64,000 nucleotides of DNA from Nitrospiria bacterium. Its GTDB lineage: Bacteria > Nitrospirota > Nitrospiria > JACQBZ01. Each line of letters begins with the position of its first letter. Within the stretch, counting starts at the first letter, position 1. The stretch is from positions 18,230 through 82,229 of the forward strand of contig DATIYJ010000029.1 of assembly GCA_035517655.1 (NCBI GenBank). The letters are read 5' to 3'. Under the pieces are notes generated by a model that was given only the letters and a program-made list of their open reading frames with translations, did no database searches and was not told the origin of the DNA. Position numbers and translations under genes: made by a program. Below, one piece after another: positions 26,396 to 36,442 of the stretch.

Positions 26396-28141
26396 TTATC
26401 CGACCCCAAGCTTCCGCAGAACGACGAACCAGAGGACATCCAGGGGAACCCATAGGAGATGAATCGTCATCAACGAAATAACCAGAAGACCGATGCTTCC
26501 TCCGATCAGCCGTCTTTTGATCCGAAGGGACCGTTTCCGGTCTTCCGTATTGGGCATGTAGGGAATGACCGCCAGCGGGGGCGCCTGACTTACCGTGCCC
26601 AGCGTCTGCGCGGTATGGACGGAATGGTCGAGACTTTCCGCCGCCGCTCCGTAGCCGATGCCGCCGGCGGCGGCCAGCACGAGACTGAGAAAAACGATGA
26701 CGGGCCGTTTCGGCTTTTCCGGTTTTTCGGGAAGGGCCGGGGGATCGATCAGGGAAAAACGCTCCCCTTTGCGCTGGTCTTCCAAAACCTCCGAGACCTG
26801 GGCTTCCACCAATTTGGACCGGATCTCACGGTATTTCTCGACGGAGTTATCCCGGTCGCGGGTCAGGTCCAGGTACACCTGCTCGATCATGGGAGTTTCC
26901 TCCAGCCGATGCGAAAGTTCCTGGGCGCGGGCTTTCATTTCCGCCCGCGTGGCCTTCATCGCGTCCAAATCGTGTATGGCCGATGAAAGTTGGGATTGGG
27001 TCAGGATGTAGGCCGGGTTTTCGGGCGGAACCGCCGCCGGTTCTTCCGGCGTCGTCTTCGCCTGGGCGATCTCTTTTTCAAGGGAGGCGATGATCTTTCG
27101 GTAGCGGACGACATCGGGATGGTCTTCCCCATACCGCTCCAAAAGGCCGGACAGGTTCGCACGGGCGTCGGTGATCTGTTTGGAAAGTTCGTCCGCGTCG
27201 CTTCCCTTTCCGACCTCTTTCTCGAGCGCATCGATCTCCCGCTTCATCTTGATCACATCGGGATGCTGCGCCGATAAATAGGACGCGCTGCTCGCATACT
27301 GAGCCCGCAGGGCTTTAAGCCTTTCTTCCCGGTCCAGGATGCGTTCCCCGGAGGCGGTGATGATCGGCGTGTTGGGTTTCAGGGTCGCCAATTGTCCTTC
27401 GAGAGAAATCTTCTTTTCTTCGAGCGAACGGACTTGTTGATCCACATTGATCAGCTCCTGGTCGACCTGATTCAACAACTGCATGTTCAGCTGCGTCAGT
27501 TCGGGCAAGGCCCCCTGGGCGCGCTCCTTGAAGACCGAAATCTTTTTTTCCAGTTCCTTAATATGGCCGGAGAGTCGTTGGGCCTGGCCTTTGAGAAACA
27601 CCGTCGTTTCCTGGGCGTTGCGTTCACGGGTTTTCAGATTCTCGGACAAGAAAAGACTGGTCAGCTCGTTGGCGACCTTCTGGGCCAATTCCGGGGTTTC
27701 CCCGTCATACGCCAGGGTGAACGCGATGGTGGCGTGCGTCGGCTGGCCGGTGCGGCGGTCCACGACCTCCGCGCTGATCACCTCGATTTTGATGTCGTCC
27801 ACGAAACGCTCCAGCACGTCTTCCGTCGTGCTGCGCCGGCGCAGGCCGGAATAAAGCCCGTATTGTTCCACGATCTTCCAGAGGTTGGAGCGGGTCATGA
27901 CTTGGTGTTTGATGGTTTCGATGCGCTGATCGGCATAGCTGGTTACGGTGGATCGCACCAGATCCGTGGGGACCTCCTGTTCCTCGATCAGAATGGTGGC
28001 CGTGGAGCGATAGGCGGACGGCAAAAGGAACGCCACCAGGATGCCCAGGATAAAGAGCACCGCCGTGGGCGCTAAAATTTGAATTTTTCTCCTCTGAAAA
28101 AGGTCCAGATATTCTCGGAGGTCTTTCTTCTGATCATCCAT
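26396..28141 (-). CDS. Polysaccharide chain-length determinant (Wzz/GumC family, PEP-CTERM-locus type)
   Basis: 581 aa. N-terminal TM (ILAPTAVLFILGILVAFLLP). Long coiled-coil periplasmic region. C-terminal TM (PVIVFLSLVLAAAGGIGYGAAAE). Confidence 0.8.
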   Translation of the reverse strand: MDDQKKDLREYLDLFQRRKIQILAPTAVLFILGILVAFLLPSAYRSTATILIEEQEVPTDLVRSTVTSYADQRIETIKHQVMTRSNLWKIVEQYGLYSGLRRRSTTEDVLERFVDDIKIEVISAEVVDRRTGQPTHATIAFTLAYDGETPELAQKVANELTSLFLSENLKTRERNAQETTVFLKGQAQRLSGHIKELEKKISVFKERAQGALPELTQLNMQLLNQVDQELINVDQQVRSLEEKKISLEGQLATLKPNTPIITASGERILDREERLKALRAQYASSASYLSAQHPDVIKMKREIDALEKEVGKGSDADELSKQITDARANLSGLLERYGEDHPDVVRYRKIIASLEKEIAQAKTTPEEPAAVPPENPAYILTQSQLSSAIHDLDAMKATRAEMKARAQELSHRLEETPMIEQVYLDLTRDRDNSVEKYREIRSKLVEAQVSEVLEDQRKGERFSLIDPPALPEKPEKPKRPVIVFLSLVLAAAGGIGYGAAAESLDHSVHTAQTLGTVSQAPPLAVIPYMPNTEDRKRSLRIKRRLIGGSIGLLVISLMTIHLLWVPLDVLWFVVLRKLGVG

Positions 28142-28194
28142 CGAACGTAAACCCTTTCATGCTCTTTTCACCGGACTGCGTCAGGGCCCTGTCC

Positions 28195-29361
28195 TTACCG
28201 GGAAATCGCCATCCGAGGCCCGTTGTACGTCGTGATCAGAAAAACGGCATTGGAAATCGCCCGGCCGGGCGCGTTATAAACCGCCTGTTCGGCATAACGG
28301 TAAGAAACCCCCGAGGACCAGCGTTCGGCCCACTGCCAATCCCAGCGTTGCTCGATCTTATCGTAGCGGCTGTTCGGGACCAGCCGATCCGTCCGAAGCG
28401 GCCGGCTCAGGTAAGAGTCGACGGCCAAAGAGGCGGTCAGTTTTGTCGTCATCGTTTTTCTAAACAAAAAATTAAGATGATTGACTTCGACCAGGTATCC
28501 GATGCCGCTCGGGTGGGTTTCCCGGCTGAACCCGCTTTGAACATGGACGGTCTCGAATTCCTTCTCAAGATCGATCTGGCCCACCCATCCCCGTCCGCGA
28601 TCCCGCCGTTCGGAAAGGGTTGTTTGATAGATCGATGTCGTGCTGCGGATCCCCGCCGTCGCGTCCCCGTGAAACGTCTCGGAAAAACGATGCGTCAAAC
28701 CCGCCTTGGCGCCGTATTCCAACGACCGGAAGTCCGCCGTCAGCGCCTGGTAGGTCGAATAATAAGAACTCACGGTGGCTTGATCCCGCTCGGAGCTCTG
28801 GTACACCGCCTGGACCGTTCCCAGGTGGGTCTGGTAGTCGACCAGACTCGGACTCGCGTAAAGGGCGTCGGAGAAATCGTACTCGGCATGGAGCGTGAAA
28901 TTTTCAGTCAGGGAACCGATCCATTTGGGATTCAAGGTGAACAGGTCGCGTCGCGACCGATTGAGCACCTGGCCGGTTTCGATCAGTTCGCTCGTCAAGG
29001 TCAGATCGCGCGTGTACGAACTTTGTAATTCCAAGCTGTTTCGCTCCATTTGATAACGGCTTGAGACGGTGTAGTACTGATCGGTCGTGTCCAAATCCTT
29101 TTGTGTAAAATAGCGCGTGAGATTCACCAAAAGATTCCCTTGAAGCTCGAACGGCTCCGTGCGCACCCCGAGATTTAAACTTGGGGATAACGTGCTCCCC
29201 GTCGCCGGATGACGAACGGGAAGCAACAGGGGGTTATCGTCGTATGCCCCGTTCAGGCTCACCGAGGGTTCCATCGACCATTCGGCCGCGGCCGCCTCCT
29301 TAGAAAAAACAAGCAAAACCGCCAGAACCCATCCACCCGATCTTCTCCAGAGCGGCCGCAT
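28195..29361 (-). CDS. Putative outer-membrane beta-barrel protein associated with exosortase/EPS loci
   Basis: 388 aa. Signal peptide (AAAAEW). Alternating amphipathic beta-strand pattern rich in Y/T/S/L. I recall an uncharacterised PEP-CTERM-locus OMP family with this profile. Confidence 0.5.
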   Translation of the reverse strand: MRPLWRRSGGWVLAVLLVFSKEAAAAEWSMEPSVSLNGAYDDNPLLLPVRHPATGSTLSPSLNLGVRTEPFELQGNLLVNLTRYFTQKDLDTTDQYYTVSSRYQMERNSLELQSSYTRDLTLTSELIETGQVLNRSRRDLFTLNPKWIGSLTENFTLHAEYDFSDALYASPSLVDYQTHLGTVQAVYQSSERDQATVSSYYSTYQALTADFRSLEYGAKAGLTHRFSETFHGDATAGIRSTTSIYQTTLSERRDRGRGWVGQIDLEKEFETVHVQSGFSRETHPSGIGYLVEVNHLNFLFRKTMTTKLTASLAVDSYLSRPLRTDRLVPNSRYDKIEQRWDWQWAERWSSGVSYRYAEQAVYNAPGRAISNAVFLITTYNGPRMAISR

Positions 29362-29411
29362 GATGAATTAAGAACCGGGCGTCGTGCCATCCGGTGTTCT
29401 CCTCGACTTCT

Positions 29412-29999
29412 TCACGGCACCACGATCACGTCCCCCCTTTGAAGGAGGATGTTCTGCTCCAAGTGCTTCCCTTTCTTGATGTCGCCGTAGCGGAAGGAAA
29501 AAGTCCGCTGCCCCCCCGGTTCCGAGTGGAGGACCTCGATCCCGTTTTCCGAGGCGAACGGCGTCATGCCCCCCGCCAGACTGAGGGCCTGCATGACATT
29601 GGTGTAATGACCGACCAGGTATTCCCCGGGGCGATTTACTTTTCCGACCACGTATATTTTATAGCTGTTCACCTTGGTCACGGCGACCGAGACGGTCGGG
29701 TCGGGGATGAACGGTGAAAGACGCTCCCGGATATCCTTTTGGAGTTCCTCGGCGGTCCTTCCCTCGGCCTGCACCTCCCCGATGAGCGGAAACGAAATCA
29801 TCCCGTCCGGCCGAACCAGCGCCTCCCGGGTCAGGCTTTCGTCCTTCCAAACGGAAATCTGCAGCACATCCTCCGGTCCCAGGCGGTACTCCGATTTTGC
29901 GGAAACCACCCCCGCATCCGATTCGGCGCCCGCCAGGATCGGAAGAAGGCTCAACGCCACCGATGCAACGATGACCCCTATGGTTTCCAGCCCTCTCAA
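29412..29999 (-). CDS. Polysaccharide export protein (Wza-like periplasmic/OM export, PES domain)
   Basis: 195 aa. Signal peptide. YRLGPEDVLQISVW...VRPDGMISFPLIGEVQAEGRTAEELQKDI...NSYKIYVVGKVNRPGEY is the Poly_export/SLBB signature. Confidence 0.8.
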   Translation of the reverse strand: MRGLETIGVIVASVALSLLPILAGAESDAGVVSAKSEYRLGPEDVLQISVWKDESLTREALVRPDGMISFPLIGEVQAEGRTAEELQKDIRERLSPFIPDPTVSVAVTKVNSYKIYVVGKVNRPGEYLVGHYTNVMQALSLAGGMTPFASENGIEVLHSEPGGQRTFSFRYGDIKKGKHLEQNILLQRGDVIVVP

Positions 30000-30021
30000 A
30001 CGTCACTCCCCCGCTTTGTCC

Positions 30022-32409
30022 TCATCCTTTGATCTGGGCCAGCGTCGTCCGGGCCTCCTCGATGCCGGGAAAAGACCGGGCGGCATGAACCGCCTTGGCC
30101 AGATACCGCTTGGCTTTATCCTCATTTCCCGCTTTGTAATACGCCATCCCGAGATGGTAATAGAGGATCGGACGATCGGGCATCCTTGTTTCGATCTTTT
30201 GAAACACCCGTACTCCGTCCTCAACCCGGCCCATTTTCACGTAGACCCATCCCAAGGTATCCAAAAAAAGCGGATTGGGGGCATTCTTCTCGAAGTCCCG
30301 GCTTAATGCGAGCGCGCGATCCAGACTCTGAGAGTCTCCGCGGCGCTCCGTCAGCAACGAGGCCAAATTGTTGGCGGCCACCAGGGCTTTGGGGTTCTTT
30401 TCCAGGACTTTTTCGTAGAGTTGAATCGCCCGGTCGGTTTGTCCGATCTGCGTTTGGGCCGAAGCGAGGAGCACTTGGAGCTGTTCCGATTTCGGATTCG
30501 CTTGAAGACCTTTTTCCAGGACCTGCGCCGCCTCGGACGGCCGGGCTTGAAGAAGCTTCAAGTTCGACAGGTCGATCCAAGGGGTGACCCAATCCGGTTT
30601 GATCCGGATCCCTTCTAAAAACTCGTGCTCCGCTCCGGTCTGATCCTTCTGCAACACTAAAATCTCACCCAACATTCCATGGGCGTAGGGTTGTTCGGGA
30701 TGAGCGGAAATCAACTTCCGAAGTCGATCGATGCCTTCTTGCTTTTTCCCCTGGGCCAGCTCGACCTGCATCCGTGCAAACAAAGGTTCGGGTGCGTCCG
30801 GTCGAAGGCTCATGGCGCGTTCATAGGCCTTGGTCGCTCTCTCCCATTGCTTGCGCGCCTGGCCAAGATTTCCCTCCGCCATGTCCCCCGGGAAAGGGTC
30901 GCCGCCGGCCGCTTGAATCCGGGTGAGTGTCGCCTCGGCGCCGCGCCATTCCTGGTCCCCCATTTGCAGGGTCAACATCATTCCCAAGGTTTCAATGTCG
31001 TTCGGAAGCTCTTTGAGGATCGCTTCCAGGCGTCCGCGGGCGGCCTCGCGGTTTCCCTCTGCGGCATCCAAGCGGGCCAGGGCCCGACGGGCGTCAAACT
31101 GCCGGCCATCCAATGCAACGCCTTTCTCCAAGCTTTCACGGCCCAGGTGCTCCTCGCCCGCCAGCAGGTAGGCCTGTCCTAACAAGACATGGACATCCGC
31201 CCTTTCGGGCTGATCCTTGAGCACGCTCCGGAAGGCCTGAACGGCGTCCCGGCCTTCTCCGTCGAGCAGCGAGATCTTGCCTTCCAAAAGCAGGGCGTCA
31301 GATGAGCGGGTATTTTTCTTCAACACTTCCTGCAGGCGCTTATCCGCCGCGTCCCGTTTTCCTTCGGCGAAATCCAATTCGGCCAGTTTCACCCGGGCGT
31401 CGAGCCCTTGGGGACGATCTTCCTGGTCGTCCGCGATCCGTTCGTAGACTTTCCGGGCTTCATCGGGCTCATGGGCTTTTTGGTATAGCTGTCCCAAGGC
31501 AAACTGAAACTTGGCGGCCTCGCCCGATTTTTTGATCGCTTCCAGAAGAACCGCTTCGCCTTCTTTGATCCCTTTGTGGGCGGTCACAAACTCGGCAAGG
31601 CCCAGCCAGCCCTGATCGTTGTCCGGATCCAGACGGATCGCTTTTCTCAAGGTCGTTTCGGCCTTGTCCAACTCATGGTATTGTTCGTAGAACCCCGCCA
31701 GTCTTAAGCGGTGTTCAAAAACATGCGGTTCCACCTCGACCATTCTTTGAAAAAGAGGCTCCGCCTCGTCTTTTTTATCCAGATGGACCAGGATGTTCCC
31801 AAGGTTGCTGAGCAGGACGATGTTGTTGGGATTCGCTTCAACCGCCCTTCGTAAAATTTTCTCGGCCTCTTCCGGCCGCTGTTGACGGGCATAGAGGGCC
31901 GCCAACAGGCTGGCCGCATCCGGCTCCTTGGGATGAAGCCGCAGCACGTCTTCGGTCGCCCTGATCGCCTCCCCCACCTTCCCGTCGCGCACCATAAGAG
32001 CCGCTTTCAGGATCTCGGCCTGGGCATCGCCGGGATATTTTTTCAACACCCTATCCGCCATCTCCGCGACCTTGTCCGACATTCCGGCATCCAGATAGTA
32101 TCGCCCCAGTTGGATCAAGGTCTCGCGGTGATCCGGATTGATTTCCACGACCCGGAGATAGTAGCCGAACGCCTCCTGCCAGTTTTTTTCTTTTTCTTCC
32201 ACCTGGGCATACATGAAATAGGCGTCGGGATCCTTGGGATCAATCTTTAAGACATTGCGCAGCGCCACGCGGGCCTTCGGCCAGTTTCCATCCTGCATGT
32301 ACTGCTTCGCCCGCGCCGTGTATTCGGCCTTTCGGGCCTCCGGGCTGCCGCACCCGACGACAGCCGCCAGGATCAGCAGCGGGACCGCCGTCCAGATTTT
32401 CATTCGCAT
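30022..32409 (-). CDS. TPR-repeat lipoprotein (PrsT-like, PEP-CTERM system)
   Basis: ATG at 32409 (MRMKIWTAVPLLILAAVVGCGS lipobox). About 790 aa of tandem TPR repeats. Confidence 0.8.
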   Translation of the reverse strand: MRMKIWTAVPLLILAAVVGCGSPEARKAEYTARAKQYMQDGNWPKARVALRNVLKIDPKDPDAYFMYAQVEEKEKNWQEAFGYYLRVVEINPDHRETLIQLGRYYLDAGMSDKVAEMADRVLKKYPGDAQAEILKAALMVRDGKVGEAIRATEDVLRLHPKEPDAASLLAALYARQQRPEEAEKILRRAVEANPNNIVLLSNLGNILVHLDKKDEAEPLFQRMVEVEPHVFEHRLRLAGFYEQYHELDKAETTLRKAIRLDPDNDQGWLGLAEFVTAHKGIKEGEAVLLEAIKKSGEAAKFQFALGQLYQKAHEPDEARKVYERIADDQEDRPQGLDARVKLAELDFAEGKRDAADKRLQEVLKKNTRSSDALLLEGKISLLDGEGRDAVQAFRSVLKDQPERADVHVLLGQAYLLAGEEHLGRESLEKGVALDGRQFDARRALARLDAAEGNREAARGRLEAILKELPNDIETLGMMLTLQMGDQEWRGAEATLTRIQAAGGDPFPGDMAEGNLGQARKQWERATKAYERAMSLRPDAPEPLFARMQVELAQGKKQEGIDRLRKLISAHPEQPYAHGMLGEILVLQKDQTGAEHEFLEGIRIKPDWVTPWIDLSNLKLLQARPSEAAQVLEKGLQANPKSEQLQVLLASAQTQIGQTDRAIQLYEKVLEKNPKALVAANNLASLLTERRGDSQSLDRALALSRDFEKNAPNPLFLDTLGWVYVKMGRVEDGVRVFQKIETRMPDRPILYYHLGMAYYKAGNEDKAKRYLAKAVHAARSFPGIEEARTTLAQIKG

Positions 32410-32455
32410 CGTCTCGCTCCCTCGTTCCACAAAATACGCCACACCCAATCCCCTT

Positions 32456-34099
32456 CTACGTTGCCCAGGCCCGGACCCCAAGAATCATCAGAGACCAGAG
32501 CACCACCATGCCCAACAGGTTCAACCGATTCGAAAGCTTGACCAGAAGCAGCTCATACGCAAAAAAAAGGACGACAAGTTTCAACACGAGCAGGCCGAGA
32601 AGGATCTCGCCCAGGCGCATATCGGAGAGGCTCGGGATGATCATCGCGACCAGCAAGACGAGAAAATCGAGCGGCGTGACCCGGAAAGAGGCCTCCCGAT
32701 TCAGTTGAATGGCGATCAGGACCGACACCGCCATCAACACGAAGAAAAGGTTCACCGTCGTATGGAGCGAGCGGCCGGCGGCGGGGAAACCCCGCTCGCT
32801 CAGGTAAATCAAAAATGAACCCACCACATACAAGCCCAGACGGATCAGAAGCGGGATCGCCCGGCGGAAGGTCAGGAAGCCGCCGAGTAAAAGGCCGAAC
32901 AACAGGACCGCAAATAATCCGAAATCGGCCGGGATCTGATGGGGGACAAAAGCGCCCAATCCCAAAAAAAGAAGCACCCCCGTCCCCAAAAACCAAAAGG
33001 AGATTTCCGCCAGAAAACGCGACTCCTTGATTCGTCGCATCAGGAGCACCGAAATCGAACGGTCCCGGGCCGGCCGCCCCCAATGGAGTCGACCGCGTGC
33101 CACCAGCGCGGAAAAAACAAAAACAAGCACCGCAAAAAAACCATACACGGCCAACAACTCGGCGTCGTCATGCCAGCGCATCAGGTAGGCCAGGCCGATC
33201 ATCGTCGCCTGAAGGACGTAAATAATCACGACGGCCTCGTGATGGAAAAATCCGACCGATAAAAGCTTGTGGTGGATATGATTTTTATCCGGGAGAAAGG
33301 GGGACCGACCCGCGGCAAGGCGGTGGCCCATCACCATGAGCGTATCCAGCACCGGCAAACCGATAATGAGAAGGGCCAGAACCGGGCTGAACGGCGATCG
33401 AGAGGGATCGCTCAGCATAACGGCGGAAACGCCCGCGGAAAACCCGAGGAATTGACTCCCGCCGTCCCCCATGAAAATCTGCGCCGGATAGGTATTGAAG
33501 CGCAAAAATCCCAGAACGCTGCCGAGCACGGAGAACGAAATGATCATCACAACGGGGTCTCCCGAAAGGTAGGCCAGGTAGGCCAGCCCCGCGAAGCTGA
33601 GGAGACAAAGTCCCCCGGCCAGGCCGTCCAGTCCGTCCGACAGATTGATGGCGTTCGTGATGCCCAGCAACGCCACGACCGTCAACGGGGCGGCCAGCCA
33701 CGGCAGGAAACCCGTCCCATCCAGAAAAGGGATGCTTTTCAACCGGATGCCTCCGTATCCCACCGCGATCAGGATCGCCAACAGTTGCACCAGAAACTTC
33801 GACTTGAAACCGAGACTCGCGCGGTCGTCCCACACCCCGAAAAAAAGAATGACCACCGCGCCCATCAGATACGAAAAAGCCTCCCGATCCATCGGCGCAA
33901 AGATAAGAATCGATGTCAAGGCGCCGGCGGCAAACGCAATCCCCCCCACCCGCACGACCGGCGCGTCGTGCATCTTCCGATCGCCGGGCATGTCCAGTAG
34001 ATGAAAGGGGCCCGCCCATCGCATGAGCGGGGGGATCAACGCGATGCAGATCAGCAACGAACTCACGAAAGCGTAAAAGAGCGTCATTTCCATTTTCAA
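32456..34099 (-). CDS. Polyprenol-phosphate sugar-1-phosphate transferase (WecA/MraY family, GT4 priming enzyme) with extra C-terminal TM domain
   Basis: 547 aa. GVWDD, NAINLSDGLDGLAGG and IFMGDGGSQ motifs. Polytopic membrane protein. Confidence 0.8.
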   Translation of the reverse strand: MKMEMTLFYAFVSSLLICIALIPPLMRWAGPFHLLDMPGDRKMHDAPVVRVGGIAFAAGALTSILIFAPMDREAFSYLMGAVVILFFGVWDDRASLGFKSKFLVQLLAILIAVGYGGIRLKSIPFLDGTGFLPWLAAPLTVVALLGITNAINLSDGLDGLAGGLCLLSFAGLAYLAYLSGDPVVMIISFSVLGSVLGFLRFNTYPAQIFMGDGGSQFLGFSAGVSAVMLSDPSRSPFSPVLALLIIGLPVLDTLMVMGHRLAAGRSPFLPDKNHIHHKLLSVGFFHHEAVVIIYVLQATMIGLAYLMRWHDDAELLAVYGFFAVLVFVFSALVARGRLHWGRPARDRSISVLLMRRIKESRFLAEISFWFLGTGVLLFLGLGAFVPHQIPADFGLFAVLLFGLLLGGFLTFRRAIPLLIRLGLYVVGSFLIYLSERGFPAAGRSLHTTVNLFFVLMAVSVLIAIQLNREASFRVTPLDFLVLLVAMIIPSLSDMRLGEILLGLLVLKLVVLFFAYELLLVKLSNRLNLLGMVVLWSLMILGVRAWAT

Positions 34100-35697
34100 T
34101 GCGGAATGAACCGGCCCAAAAGCGGACGGATCTCCCGCGTAAATTCCGCGAGAAGATGGTCGGCGTCCGAGTCGCTCGTCCCTTTGGCTACGGGAGCCGT
34201 CAAACGGATCAGGGCCCCGTCGGTTCTGTTTTTCGTTAAGGCATCCCAGAAAAGATAGAACTTGACCCGATACTCGTCGGTCAGAATTCTTCCCCGCTGC
34301 TGAAACCAGTAATAAACGACCTGCTTCTCGGTTCCCCTTTGGATGACCGCGCGGTTGACCGTCAAATTTTCCCCCGCCCGCGCCGCATCGATCCTCCTCT
34401 CCTCCAAGGCGGTAATCTCCCAGCCCCCTCCGGGAATGCAGGTCCGGGGGGAATGGGCCGATTGACCTTTCTTCTGCGATCGATAGTAAGCGATGTAAAG
34501 ATTAACGGGCGGACCGACGGGGCCCCGATAGTCCGCGAGGAGGTAGTCGTCAAACCGGAGGGCTTTTACGTATTCCTCCTCCATCGGGTAACTGTTTCCC
34601 GCCCAGCTTCCCAATTTCATCGGGAAGTCGGAAAACGTCGCCCGAGAAGGCGGAATCTCTTCTCCCGACACGAGCTGGGTCGAGGCCATGATCACCGGCA
34701 CGAAAAGAGCCAGGGACACGAGGTAGGCGGGGGAGGACAACAACGAGACCGGCGTCCGGGAAAGCGCGCCCTCTTTTCCGACGGCTTCCGCTTTCACCGG
34801 CGGAGGACCGAACCACTCGGCCAGGGAACGCCGTTTCCCCCGCGCGCCGATCCGGCCGAGGATCCACATTTCACCGAACAGAATCAGAAGACTGCAGACA
34901 AAGAGGAGCCAACCCGAGAAACTGTGGAAAAATCCTTCCGCAGGACCTCGTCCATAATGATCGACCAGCAGACCGGTCACGCCGATTCGAAACCCGTTAA
35001 GAAAAATAGCGATCGGAAAACTCGACAAAAAAAGGAACGCCCGCTTCCAGCGGGTCTCCCGGTAGAGATAGGCGCAGACCAAGGCCAGCGTGGACAGAGG
35101 GAAAAGATATCTCAAACCGCTGCAGGCCTCCGCAACCTGCAGCTGAATCGGTCCGAGGTCGATCACGTTTCCTTCCCGAAAGGCCGTCACTCCCATCAGT
35201 TTTAATATTCCCACCCCGAGTCCGGAAGAGATCAGCTGCAAGCGGGCTGAAAAACCCTGGTAGAGGAAGTCGGGAAGAGGAATCATGGTCAGGAGAAAAA
35301 AAACGGGGAAGGCGATCTCTTTCACGCCGCGTCCCCCGAGGGTCGAGAGCAACAGCCCGATCACAACCAAAAAAAGCGAAAGGTGGACCAGAACATAGAG
35401 GGTGGAAAGTTCCCCGATAAAATAAAGCCCCAAACCGGCCAGCACGAGCGGGAGCCCCCACCAGGTTCCGACCCGGCCCATCGTCCGCAGCCTCTCGCGC
35501 CGTTGCCAGATCAGGTAGAGGGAGATCAGCGGAACAAAGAAGCCGTAGCCGTAATTTTCATCGACGTACCACATTTTCACCATATAAGCGATTCCCTGGT
35601 GATAGATAATCCCCAGCAGGAGAACGGGAAGAGCCGCCATCGGCCAAAACCGGCGCTTGAACAGGATTTCCGCAACGCTGGTCGATACGAATTCCAT
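34096..35697 (-). CDS. Exosortase (Xrt family) fused to C-terminal EpsI-like domain
   Basis: 533 aa. Eight TM helices. Active-site Cys (VAEACSGLRYL) and conserved Arg (FLNGFRIG). C-terminal ~230 aa periplasmic domain resembles EpsI (…AYYRSQKKGQSAHSPRTCIPGGGWEI…). 4-bp overlap with the priming transferase. Confidence 0.85.
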   Translation of the reverse strand: MEFVSTSVAEILFKRRFWPMAALPVLLLGIIYHQGIAYMVKMWYVDENYGYGFFVPLISLYLIWQRRERLRTMGRVGTWWGLPLVLAGLGLYFIGELSTLYVLVHLSLFLVVIGLLLSTLGGRGVKEIAFPVFFLLTMIPLPDFLYQGFSARLQLISSGLGVGILKLMGVTAFREGNVIDLGPIQLQVAEACSGLRYLFPLSTLALVCAYLYRETRWKRAFLFLSSFPIAIFLNGFRIGVTGLLVDHYGRGPAEGFFHSFSGWLLFVCSLLILFGEMWILGRIGARGKRRSLAEWFGPPPVKAEAVGKEGALSRTPVSLLSSPAYLVSLALFVPVIMASTQLVSGEEIPPSRATFSDFPMKLGSWAGNSYPMEEEYVKALRFDDYLLADYRGPVGPPVNLYIAYYRSQKKGQSAHSPRTCIPGGGWEITALEERRIDAARAGENLTVNRAVIQRGTEKQVVYYWFQQRGRILTDEYRVKFYLFWDALTKNRTDGALIRLTAPVAKGTSDSDADHLLAEFTREIRPLLGRFIPH

Positions 35698-35707
35698 CGT
35701 CCGTCCG

Positions 35708-36442
35708 TCACCCGATCACAAATTGCCAGAACACCCGCGCGGCGAATCGGGGCAGCGCGGTCTGCCGCAACAGACGCCTCGGTTCGGAGAGCAAGCGATA
35801 AAGCCATTCGAGGTGCATCTTACGGATGAACATGGGCGCGCGCTTCACCCGTCCGGACAGCACGTCGAACGTTCCGCCCACTCCCTGGCACACTTTGACC
35901 TTGAGCCGGGGGAGATATTGCTCCAGCCAAAGCTCTTGCTTGGGGCTGCCCAAGGCGATGAAAAGCACATCCGCTCCCGAAGCATTGATGCGATCGATCA
36001 AGAAGGGCATCTCGTTCTCTTTGAGATAGCCGTGCTGCCCCCCTACAATCCGAAGGCCCGGAAAGCGCCGACGCAGCGCCTCCATCACGTCCCGGTTGAC
36101 CTCCGGGCCGGCCCCGAAAAGAAAAATCCGATACTGTTTTCGCGCGGCCCGCTCGCAGATGGCCGGCATCAACTCGGAACCCGGCACCCGTTCCATCTTC
36201 CCCAAGCCCAGAAGGCGCGCCGCCATCACCACGCCGATCCCGTCCGGAATCAACAGGCGGGCCTCCCGAAGCTGGGCCAGGAGCGCCGGATTCTTTCTCG
36301 CCTTGATCACCTTCTCGGGATTCACCGCGACCACCATCCCGGGCCGATCGTCCCGCATCATCTCCTCCACGGCGCTTAAGGCCTGCGACATGTTAACGCA
36401 GTCCACCGGCACGCCGAGCAACTCGATTCGTTTGGGCTTCAT
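35708..36442 (-). CDS. WecB/TagA/CpsF-family glycosyltransferase (GT26)
   Basis: 244 aa. LLGVPVDCVNMSQALSAVEEMM...NPEKVIKARKNPAL...LLIPDGIGVV...FLFGAGPEV is the GT26 signature. Confidence 0.8.
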   Translation of the reverse strand: MKPKRIELLGVPVDCVNMSQALSAVEEMMRDDRPGMVVAVNPEKVIKARKNPALLAQLREARLLIPDGIGVVMAARLLGLGKMERVPGSELMPAICERAARKQYRIFLFGAGPEVNRDVMEALRRRFPGLRIVGGQHGYLKENEMPFLIDRINASGADVLFIALGSPKQELWLEQYLPRLKVKVCQGVGGTFDVLSGRVKRAPMFIRKMHLEWLYRLLSEPRRLLRQTALPRFAARVFWQFVIG